The notes under the pieces: generated by a model
The model's input: the letters and a program-made list of their open reading frames with translations, nothing else
What the model was told of the DNA's origin: nothing
Databases searched by the model: none
Assembly (NCBI RefSeq): GCF_963921235.1
Contig: NC_086108.1
Coordinates: forward strand, 33,668,001 to 33,732,000
Direction of reading: 5' to 3'
Source of the DNA: Mobula hypostoma
Taxonomy: Eukaryota
DNA length: 64,000 nt
Shown: positions 1 through 10,827 of the stretch, piece by piece
Numbering within the stretch: the stretch's first letter is position 1
How the letters are laid out: every line of letters begins with the position of its first letter
Made by a program: the position numbers and the translations under genes

Positions 1-829
1 AAGCTGGCAATTCAAAGACATCTTTGGCTTTTAATTTCACCCCCTAATAAGTGCAGTTTGAGAGTGGAGGTAGGGATTTGGGGTGTGATTGGGACTAATG
101 GCTACTGAAATAAATCAGAATCATTGGACAAACTAGCAGATTCAGAAGCTCGGGACGTTACACAATCAGTTTCATTATTCTGTCCAGCCCTGAGCTTCAG
201 GATGGACTCCATTCTAAATTTTAAGCCAACACTGTTACTCACCACCCACCCCCACAACTCGCCTTGCTGGTGTTAAGCATTAAGTAGTGTTAGCCTGTCA
301 GTGACGGACTCACAATTTGAAAGCATGTATAGGTTTCACTGTGATGAAAGAGGACTTTCAGCTCTGATGCAAAGAGTGGAAAAGTACTCGCCTGGATCCT
401 GCACTGACTTTACAGCTGCCTGAGCCAAATCTTAGGCAGCTGTAAGCCTTGGCATCAGCATGAAAAAAAGTAAAATGAATGGTCTGCTTGTTTCCCTGAT
501 ATTTACTGTCTTACCACTGGCTCCAGCACACATTACATTATCATTAGACTCAGCTAATGTCTATATTACAGTTCGAGCAGAGGGTCAGCTACTACATCTA
601 CACTTTCTGAGAAACAAAAACCTTAGAATGTAAATACAGGAAAAGCAGCCTTGGAGATCTTGCTGCCTTCCCAAACAATGACAATTTGTTTTTCATTCAA
701 TATAAAATTTTACTTAATAACCATTTCTGTTTGGAAACTGAAGGCTGCCAAAGCTTCAGGAAGTGCCTTATCAGGATATGAATCAGCTGTTATTGCTGTT
801 ATATATACATTTAGAAGGAATGCAAATGC

Positions 830-1610
830 TTCCATAGGTATGAGAAAAAGAAGTGTTTAGCAAAATAAATGTCGATCCCTTACTTATGGAAACAGGAGAA
901 ATCATAATTTGGAGTTATGAAATGGTAGAAACATTCAGCAGGATCATATTTTGACTCTGAAAGGTATAAATGCGCATTGGGCATTATAAGGATTGTTAAG
1001 AATTAAAGGGGTTGGCATTTATAAAAGATAAAGAAATTATTGAGGTAAAACCCAACAAAGTTCCTGCTTCTAATGGTTCTGCCTTGGAATTTTAGAATAG
1101 GAGCCAACAGGTATCGAGCATTACATTTGGCCTTTGAAAGTTTCCTAGATTGTACAATAGCCATATCAGCATAGATGGCGACAAACATAATAATCCTACT
1201 ATTCAGGAATATGGGGTGTTAGAAAAAGAGGATGAAATGTCAAATATTAAAGAACATAGATTTAAAGCAAAGGGGGGAGGTTTAAAGGAGATTTAAGAGG
1301 CTATTTTCAGTTTTTTCCCCCCACTAAGGATTTTAGCCCACTGCCAGGGGAAGTGCTAGAAACAGCTAAAATAGTTATGTTTAAAGGGCATTTAGACAAA
1401 CACATGAAAAGGTACACAATAGAACAGGAGTTCCCAACCTTTTTATGCCACGGAGCCTTACCATTAACTGAGGGATCTATGGACTCCAGTTTGGGAACCC
1501 CTGCAACACAGGGAATGGTCCAGTGCAGAGAGATGGGATTGAATAGATTTTCATCATGGTCAGCATAGGTATTGTAGACCAAAGGGCTTGCTCCTGTTCA
1601 ATACCATGCT
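830..1610 (+). mobile_element. Highly degenerate CR1 LINE fragments (ORF2 pieces and 3' end)
   Basis: Stretches resemble the CR1 ORF2 and 3' UTR of better-preserved copies in this window (e.g. ggaaacaggagaaatcata, gggcatttagacaaacacatga). Many indels; boundaries approximate. Confidence 0.55.
1425..1503 (+). mobile_element. 79-bp hAT-type MITE
   Basis: Terminal inverted repeats CAGGAGTTCCCAACCT ... AGTTTGGGAACCCCTG; imperfect 8-bp flanks (caatagaa / caacacag); a reverse-complement copy lies at about 58860-58938. Confidence 0.7.
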
Positions 1611-1644
1611 ACAGTATACTTTACTGTAAGCAGTTTTTGTCTTC

Positions 1645-2117
1645 TTACCCAAGATGACGAACTAAGATTTTAAAGATTGATTCTTGGGATGTAGGCCTTT
1701 CCTATGAGGTAAGATTGAGTACGTTAACCCATATTCTATAGAGTTTAGAAGAAGTGCAATCTCATTAAAATAATTAATCATTCTCTTGGCTGTAGAGTTT
1801 CAAACTTGCGATCACAGAGTTGGAATAAGGGTCCAGCCACCTATGGTGATGTGGAAACATTTCTTCACTCAGACATTGTGAATCATCGGAATTCTAGACT
1901 GCAGAGGGCAGATCATGGAGAGTTGCTGAGGATGAGGACATTCAAGGTGAATGGATTTTGAGATATGGAAGGGATCAAGGGATGTACAGGAAGTGTTGAA
2001 TGTAGAGGTAGAAGATTAAATTTAACTTATTAAATGAATTTATCAAATGATTGAGTAGGGTCAAAATGTCTGAATAGCCTCCTCTGGTTCTTATTTCTAT
2101 ATTCTTGTATTTCTATG
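1645..2117 (+). mobile_element. Degenerate CR1 3' fragment
   Basis: Resembles the CR1 ORF2 C-terminus and 3' UTR; ends in a ttcttatttctatattcttgtatttctatg tandem tail. Confidence 0.6.
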
Positions 2118-2919
2118 ACAGAAATGACCACAATTCAAACTTTACAGCCATGAAAATTTCAAAGAAATTGTGCTTTAAAGGCAATCTTCCCAGACAATGT
2201 GCAGCACCAAGATCAGCTTAGGGTCGAAGAGTCATAAATCACAGAAACAGACCTTTCAGCAGATGGAATCTGCACCAAGCAAATACTCACCTACACTAAT
2301 CCCATTTTATTCTTCTCATTTTCCCAATAATTCCCTTCAAATTCTAACACCCACCTGCATGGGGCAATTTACAATCATCAGCTCATCCACCACCCGGTAT
2401 GTCTTTAGGATGGAGGAGGAGATGGGACCATTCAGAAGCATGTGGTCAGAGGGTGGATGTGCAATTCCACACAGAGACCACTGGAGGTCACATTTTAACC
2501 CAGGCCTCAGAGCAGTGAGGTAGCAACTGCAGCTCCATCATTGAGCCGCTCCCTCTTAATTCAAGTTTAATTGTCATTCAATCATGCATGAATAGCCAAG
2601 GATACAGTCAAATGAGCCAGCATTACTCTGGGGCCAAGTGCAAATAATATTATAAAGACACACCACAAAGCACCCATAGCACAAACATAATGGCATCAGT
2701 AAGATCCAACTATCCAGTAATAAAAGTGTCCAGACTTGAACCACACTAGAGTTTGTCTTCTGCTGAGCAAACACTGGAATGGGGAGTGGGGGTGGGAATT
2801 GTGGTCAGCACTGCCTCCAGCCTGAACACTGCGCCACACCGTCCCAAGTGGAACACATCAGCACTGACACCTCTCTCCTGGCAGCTGTACATGAGCACCA
2901 CCTCAATTATACTTCAGTC

Positions 2920-3330
2920 CCACTGCTTGCCTGATCTGCTGATCATTGTCTGGCCAGGTATGGAAACACCAATGCTCAAGAACGCAAAAGCTTACAAGTA
3001 AAGAAAAGTGATTACAGCCCAGTCCATCACAGGCAAAACCCTCCCCACCAATGGGCACTCTTACAAGGAGCAGTGTCATAAGCAAGCAGCATCCATCAAG
3101 AACCCCCACCATCTAGCCCATGGTCAATTCTCGTGTTGTCATCGGGAATAGGTACAGGAGACTCAGTTCCCACATTACCAGGTTCAGGACAGTTATTACC
3201 CTTCAACCATCAGGCTCCTGAACCAGTGAGGACAACTTCATTCCTTTAACTCTGAACTGATTCCACAACCTATTGATTCACTTTCAAGGACTCTACGGGA
3301 AGTTCTTGGTATTATTTACTTATATATTTA
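2920..3330 (+). mobile_element. Rex1/Babar-like LINE 3' fragment
   Basis: Encodes remnants such as YGNTNAQERKSLQ and QSITGKTLP, the same C-terminal region seen at 9280-9560 and 48330-48620. Confidence 0.7.
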
Positions 3331-3339
3331 AAAAAATTT

Positions 3340-3667
3340 CCATAGTTGGGAGTGCACATCTCACACAACCTCTCATGATCCCAAAGCACATTCTTTAGAT
3401 TCAGGAAAGCTCACTAACAACTCGACTTTCTGAAGCAGCTATGCATGTCTATACTTATGGCATCCTATGGATGCACAATGGAGAGCATCCTACTGAGCTG
3501 CATCACTGCAAGGTATGGAAGCAGCATTGTGCAGACAAGGCGACTCTACAACACAGTCAAAACTGCCCAACATATCACCTGCACCAGCCTACCTGCCATC
3601 AAGGACGTGTACAGAAAGGTGGCAGAAAAGGGCCAGTACAATCATGAAAGATCCCACCCACCCTACT
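3340..3667 (+). mobile_element. Rex1/Babar-like LINE fragment (5' part, split by CR1 insertion)
   Basis: ORF 3445-3669 reads ESILLSCITARYG...VKTAQHITCTSLPAIKDVY; the element resumes at 7753. Confidence 0.7.
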
Positions 3668-6600
3668 AGAAGACCATAAGATATAGGAGCAGAAGTAGGC
3701 CATTTGGCCCATCAAGTCTGCTCCGCCATTCAATCATGGGCTGATCCAATTTTTCCAGTCATCCCCACTCCCCTGCCTTCACCCCTTACCCTTTGATGCC
3801 TTGGCTAATCAAGAACCTATCTTTGCCTTAATTACGCCCAATGACTTGGCCTCCACAGCCATTCATGGCAACAAATTTCACAGATTTACCACCCTGACTT
3901 GAGTAATTTCTCCGCATCTCTTGTTCTAAATGGACGTCCTTCAATCCTAAGGTTGTGTGCCCTTGTCCTGGACTCCCCGCCATGGGAAATAACTTTGCCA
4001 TATTTAATCTATTCAAGCCTTTTAACGTTCGGAATGTTTCCATGAAACTCCCGCTCATTCTCCTGAACTCCAGGGAGTACAGCCCAAGAGCTACAAGACG
4101 TTCCTCGTATAGTAACCCTTTCACTCCTGGAATCATTCTCGTGAATCTTCTCCGAACCCTCTCCAATGCCAGAATATCCTTTCTAAAATAAGGAGCCCAA
4201 AACTGCACACAATACTCTAAGTGTGGTCTCATGGGTGCCTTATAGAGCCTCAATATCACATCCCTGCTCTTATATTCTATACCTCTAGAAAAGAATGCCA
4301 ACATTGCATTTGCCTTCTTCACCACCGACTCAACCTGGAGGTTAATCTTTACGGTATCCTACACAAGGACTCCCAAGTCCCTTTGAATCTCTGCATTTTG
4401 AATTCTCTCCCCATCTAAATAATAGCCTTCCCATTTATTTCTTCACTAAAATGCATGACCATACACTTTCCAACATTGTATTTCATTTGCCACTTCTTTG
4501 TCCATTCCCCTAAGCTATCTAAATCTCTCTACAGGCATTCTATTTCCTCCACCTATCTTTGTATCATCAGCAAATTTAGCCAGAAATGCATTAATCCTAT
4601 AGTCCAAATCATGGACATACTTCATAAAAAGGTGCTGTCCCAACACTAACCCCTGTAAAATTCCACTGGTAACCGGCAGCCAGCCTGAATAGGATCCCTT
4701 TATTCCCACTCTGTTTTCTGCTGATCAGCCAATGCTCCACCCATGCTAATAACTCCCCTGCAATTCCGTGAGATCTTAAATGTTAAGCAGCCTCATGTGC
4801 GGCACCTTGTCAAAGGCCTTCTGAAAATCCAAGTACACCACATCTACTGCATCTCCTTTGTCTACCCTGCTTGTAATTTCCTCAAAAAATTGCAGTAGGT
4901 TAGTCAGGAAGGACTTTCCTTAACCATGCTGGCTTTGGCCAATCCTGTCATGTGCCTCCAGGTACTTCGTAATCTCATCCCTAACAATTGATTCCAACAA
5001 CTTCCCAACCACTTATGTCAGGCTAACAGGTCTATGGTTTCCTTTCAGTTGCCTCCCACCCTTCTTAAATAGCAGAGTAACAGTTGCAATTTTCCAGTCA
5101 TCAGGTACAATGCCAGAGTCTATTGATCTTTGAAAGATCATTGTTAATGCCTCTGCAATCTCTCCAGCTACTTCCTTCAGAACCCAAGGGTGTATTCCAT
5201 CTGGTCCAGGAGATTTATCCACCCTCAGACCATTAAGCTTCCTGAGTACCTTTTCAGTTGTAATTTTCACGGCACATACTTCATTTCCCTGACATTCTTG
5301 AATGTCCGGTATACTGCAGATGTCTTCCATTGTGAAGACTGATGCAAAATATGCATTCAGTTCCTCTGCCATCTCTACGTCTCTCATTACTATATTTCCA
5401 GCGTCATTTTCTATTAGTCCTATATCTATCCTCGACTCTCTTTTACCCTTTATATACTTAGAAATGCTTTTAGCATCTTCTTTGATATTAGTTGCCAGCT
5501 TCCTTTCATAATTCATCTTTTCCTTCCTCATGACCTTCTTAGTTTCCTTCTGAAAATTTTTGAGCTTCCCAATCCTCTATCTTCCCACTTGCTTTGGCTT
5601 CCTTGTATGCCCACTCTTTTGCTTTTACTTTGGCTCTGACTTCACTTGTCAGTCATGGTAACATCCTTCTTCCATTTGAAAATTTCTTATTTGGAATATA
5701 TCTGTCTTGCACTTCCCTCATTTTTCACACAAGTTCCACCCCTTGCTGCTCTGCTGTCCTTCCTGCTAATGTCCCTTTCCAGTCAACTTTGGTCAGTTCC
5801 CCTCTCATGCCATTGCAATTTCCTTTATTCCACTGAAATACTGACACATTAGAATTTAGTTTCTCCTTCTCAAATTTCAGTTGAACTCAATCATATTGTG
5901 ATCATTGTTCCCTAAGGGTTCCTTAACCTTAAACTCCCTTATCACCTCCAGAACATTGCACAACACCCAATCCAGCACAGCCAATTGCCTAGTGGGCTCA
6001 ACAACAAGCTGTTCTAAAAAGCCATCCCTTAGACATTCTACAAATTCTCTTTCCTGAAGTCCAATACTGATCTGGTTTTCCCAATCCACTTTCATGTTAA
6101 AATTCCCAATCATTATCATGACATTGTCCTTCTGACATGCCTTTTCTATCTCCTGCTATAATTTGTAATCCACATCCCAGCTGCTGTTTGGAGGCCTGTA
6201 TACAACTGCCGTTAGGGTTCTTTTACCCTTGCCATTTCTTAACTCAGCCCGTAGAGACTCTACACCTTCCAATGCTATGTCATCCCTTTCTAATGATTTA
6301 GTATTACTTCTTATACACAGGGCACACCACCCCCTCTGCCTAATATCCTATCTTCCCAATACACCGTATATACTGGGACATTCAGCTCCCAATGGCAGCC
6401 ATCCTTTAACCAAGTTTCAGAGATGGCTCCAATGTCATACTTGCCAATCTGTATCTGACTTTCAAGATCATCCATTTTATTTCTTATGCTGCGTGCATTG
6501 AAATAACATTTTCAGTCTGGTATTTTTAGCTTTCTGTTTTAACTGCACATTGCCTCTTTTGTCCTGTAACTCATCCCACTGGCTGCGATTTTGCCTCATC

Positions 6601-7752
6601 TCCTGCCTGTCCTTTCTTTCATCTCTGTTGGATGCCATTTTGATTTATTTCTATTTTCCCCTTCCGCAGCCCTATCACTCCAGTTCCCACCCCCCTGCCA
6701 AATTAGTTTAAACCCTCCCTGACAGCTCTAATAAACCTGCCTGCTAAGATATTGGACCCCTTTGGGTTCAGGTGTAACCCGTCCTTTTTGTACAGGTCGT
6801 ACCTCCCCCAGAAGAGGCCCCAGTGATCCAGGAACACGAAGCCCTGCCCCCTTCACCAATCTCTCAGCCACGCATTAATATGCCTGATCATGCTATTCTT
6901 GCACTCATTAGCATGTGGTACAGGCAGCAATCCTGAGATGACTACCCTAGAGGTCCTGCCTTTCAGCTTCCTACCCAACTCCCTGAATTTTCTCTTCAGG
7001 ACCTCCTCCCTTTTTCTACCTATGTCATTGGTACGAATGTGTACCAAGACTTCTGGCTGTTCACCCTCTTCCTTCAGAATACTCTGCACCCAATCTGAGA
7101 CATCCTATACCCTGGCGCCTGGGAGGCAACACACCATGCGGGTATCTCTATCAGGCTGACAGAACTTCCTGTCTGTTCCCCTCACTATGCAATCCCGTAT
7201 GACTACCGTATTCCTCATCTTCTCTCCCTTCCACACCACAGAACCAGGCTCAGTGTTTGGTCACCCCCCTCAACAGCATCCAAAATGAGATAACAATTAC
7301 TGAAGGGGATGGCCAGATGGGTACTCTCTGCTATCTGAGCTCTTCCCATCCCTTCTCTGACAGTCACCAGCTTGTCTAACTCCTGCAGCCTTGGGGTGAC
7401 TAACTCCTATCTATTTCATGCTCACTTTCCCTTATAAGCCGTAGCTCCAGTTCCCTAACACGGTCTCTCAGAAGCTGCATCTCAGTGCACCTGGTGCAGA
7501 TGTGGCCATCTAGGAGACTGAAAGATTCCCAGGATTCCCTCATCTGACCCCCAGAGCAAAGTACTAACCCTACAGACATGCTCTCTATTCCTTAAAAAAA
7601 TACTGAAGTCCACCTACCCCCTTAGCTTGCTGAAGCCCAAATGAGCCAAAGCCCTAATACTCTGCTTCAAACCACTCCACTAGGCAGCGTCTCTCTTTTG
7701 CCTGAACCTTCCCAGCTCTCCCACTCACGACTGGTATGTCGGTTATAGCTAA
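3668..7752 (-). mobile_element. Near full-length, mutated CR1 LINE (5' UTR, ORF1 with SGNH/esterase-like domain, ORF2 APE endonuclease + reverse transcriptase)
   Basis: Minus-strand ORF pieces in order: VLVHIRTNDIG...RVVISGLLP (6853-7089, ORF1 esterase-like), IGNFN...LDWVLCN...DHNMIEF (5877-6119, APE), KSPGPDGIHP...HRPVSLT (5013-5531), AKFADDTK (4515-4709), RPHLEYCVQFWAP (3828-4325). CR1-type tail at 3668; tact present at both junctions (3664-3667, 7753-7756). Confidence 0.93.
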
Positions 7753-8072
7753 TACTCTTGGATTGTGTCCCACTCCCAGAGAGGAGGCTACATAGCATCC
7801 AAGCAAGGACTGCCAGACTCAAAGCGATCAACACCTCCATCCACTAACCCACCTCTTCACACCCCCAGCCGCCGCTGCTTTATCATTTCCTGTCAGTCAC
7901 CTTTTGTGGCAGTTTAGGGACATCCAATGTATATGTGCTATCTTTTGTATTTTTATTTATTGTATTTTTAAATTGTGTTCTTTATCTTATTGTGTTGCAT
8001 CAGATCCAGAGTAACAATTACTTCATTCTCCTTTACACTTGTGTACTGGAAATATTAAACAATCTTGAATCT
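7753..8072 (+). mobile_element. Rex1/Babar-like LINE 3' end (continuation of 3340-3667)
   Basis: Continues the interrupted element (gtcccactccca...gactgccagactcaaa) and ends in attaaacaatcttgaatct. Confidence 0.65.
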
Positions 8073-8819
8073 TTAGTCTTTTGTCCATTGGCTGTTTGCC
8101 ATTCTTTATGTCTAGCTTTGCCTTGATTCTATTGTATTTCTTCGGTCCTGTGAATTCTACAAGAAATTGATCTCAGGGTTGTATATGGAGACGTGTACTT
8201 TGAGGATAAATTTATTTTGATCTTTGAGTATCTCCAGTCATTAATATTTAGATCATAGTTTAATATACATGTTTTAGCAATAAAATATTTTAGAAGTATC
8301 ACTTTAAAAAGGACTCAGCTAAAATTTATATTACTGCAATAAATCTATCAAATTACAATTTTAAGGAAAGCAGACTATTAATACATCACAAAGAAGAGCT
8401 CTGCAGCTTTGAGCTATGAAGTGAAAAAATATATTGGAAGAATTACACATTCAGCTTGATATCCACTTCAGGGACAACCGACTCAAAAGCGAGTTGGGTT
8501 ACAAGGATTCCTGAAATCTTCAAGCCTCAAGTCTCATTCTGGAAACGTGAGCATAAGAGCCAATAGTTCACAACTTTGTAAAATCAGGGCGAAGTTCACT
8601 GTCAAAGGACTACTTCACAGATGAAACATGAAATAAGTGCTCTTAGATTATTTGAAATATCCCACTGGAGCATCTGCAGTTCAACAGATTTTTCCCAGTT
8701 GTGTTACCTAGTACCCATCTCTCAGTCAACTTCATTTGGAGTGACTGCTCTACTGCTCTATTCTCTTTAACTGTCAGGCTAGGCATAGTTCAAATACCAC
8801 CTATAAATTCAACTATTAC

Positions 8820-9740
8820 ACACTGTTGTAGGAAGAATCTCAGATGATGGAGGAGTACAGGAGTGAAATAGGCTGCATGAATGTTCTCATGAAAACAACC
8901 TTGCTCTCAACATCCTGTACTTCCTCCCTGATGATTGTAATGAGAAGAGGGCATGTTCCAGATGGTGACGATCCTTAATGACAGATGCCACCATCTTGTG
9001 ACATGGCTTAATGAAGCTTTCCTCATTGTGGGAGGCTTGTACCTGTAATGACATTTCAGGAAGGTGAAGTCAGGAGAACACACACCAGTGCTCATTGAGG
9101 GATCAGCAGTGGAAAGTGTGAGCAGATTCAAGTTCCTGGGTATCAACATCTCAGAGAATCTATCCTAGACCCAACATAGTGATGCAACCATGAAGGCATA
9201 CGAGTGGCTATACTTCATTAAGATTTAGAAGAGATTTGGTATTTCACCAAAGACTGTTGCAAGTTTCTACAGTTTTACTGTGGACAGCGTTCTGACTAGT
9301 TGCATCACCATCTGGTATGGAGGCACCAATAAACAGGATTGTGAAAAGCTTCAGAGAGCTGCAGACTCAGTCGACTCCATCACAGGTTCAAGTCTTCCAT
9401 CAATGAGAATATCTTCAATAAGCCATGTCACAAGATGGTGGCATCCATCATTAAGGATCATCACCATCTGGAACACACCCTCTTCTCATTACAACCATCA
9501 GGGAGGAAGTATAGAAGTCTGAAGATGCACACTCAGCAGTTTAGTAACAGCTTCTTCCCCTCTACAATTAGATTTCTTAATGGTCCAATGGTCTCCCTTG
9601 CTATTCCATTTAGTGCACTATTTACCTGTCAACCCAAAGTTATTTACTTATTTATTGCAACTTGTAACAATACTGTACTGCTGCCACAAAGCAAATTTCA
9701 TTACTAATGGCAGTAACAATAAACCTGATTCTGATTCTCA
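8820..9740 (+). mobile_element. Rex1/Babar-like LINE 3' portion with an internal inverted duplication
   Basis: RFKFLG motif near 9120, DSVLTSCITIWYG (ORF 9280-9522), tail aataaacctgattctgattct. 8914-9052 is the reverse complement of about 9377-9514. Confidence 0.8.
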
Positions 9741-10135
9741 CTGAACCTGGTTTAGAGAACTCGGTGCGCATAATAAGAACAGAAGGTACAGGAGATACTC
9801 AGTAGTTCAGGCACTATCCATGGAATGAGAAACAGTTGTCACGTGTCAAATTGATGACACCTCATCAGAACTATTGAGAAATCAATGTTACTGTAGGTTT
9901 TTGCAAATAAGAAGATGGTGTTTTATGTTTAAGAAAAGCCACAACTCGTCATTTATCATACTCCAAGCACTGAACACGGTGTGGTAAAAGTACTTTGTGT
10001 AACTACTTCAACACGTCAGACAAATCCCTTAAAGTGAAACCCCAACTCAATGTTGGTGGTTGGGAATTATGTACATTTCCACCAGTTACATCTCCGAATG
10101 TTAACGACATCTTCTAGAATTGCAGTCAGATTTCG

Positions 10136-10340
10136 TGTTGCAACTCTAACACTAATTGAAAGAAAAACACAGCAGAGGTGCGGACACCCCGCACTTTGCT
10201 TTTACTTTAAGCGAGGTGCGTACATGTGGTGGTGTGATTACATATGCCATGCACACACTTTTACACAAACTCATTATGAATCATTTAAAGTGCTCATACA
10301 ATATTTACTCAAATATTACTGAAATATTAATTACACAACA
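10136..10340 (-). mobile_element. Short solo-LTR-like element
   Basis: Bounded by TGTTG...CAACA inverted termini (TG...CA rule); minus strand has an AGTAAA-type signal followed by a T-rich U5-like end. No clear TSD. Confidence 0.4.
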
Positions 10341-10355
10341 TTGCTGAGTGTTCAG

Positions 10356-10827
10356 TGTTACGACTGTGATCAATCTGAGATGCTGAAGCTAGTGATACAA
10401 AAAGGTCTTTATTCATCATGACAAGCAGGCATTCTGCTGGAGACCCTCTTGGTAGAGAGTCTCCCAAACTCAAAGTACATTTTATACCCTTAAGATCAAA
10501 CATGACAGAAGGTGATTCAATACAATTTCAATAGTTACAATGACATCATTCATTTTCAATATTTTCAGTTGGCAGCGTTTCCTTTGAATTGCATCTCTTT
10601 GAAAATTCAAATACCTTTGCTGGAACAAAATATCTCACTAGATGTAAAAGCTTCTGGGAGCAGAGATCCCAGACACCCAAGCATAATGTTGTTAGGGCTG
10701 ACTCTCAGTGCACAACTGTCCCAACTATTGATTGGCCAACTATACCTGTAACCATGTCTGAGGTTACAAGTGACAACATCAATCTGGCATGCCAGCTTAA
10801 ACTCAGTCAGAACGGTGCAAAATAACT
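10356..10827 (-). mobile_element. Solo LTR (retrovirus or LTR-retrotransposon type)
   Basis: Minus strand has TATAAAA (10481-10487), then AATAAA (10408-10413), then a short U5 ending CGTAACA at 10356. The other end reads GTTATT at about 10826; flanks tcag / ttag are a possible 4-bp TSD with one mismatch. Confidence 0.6.
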
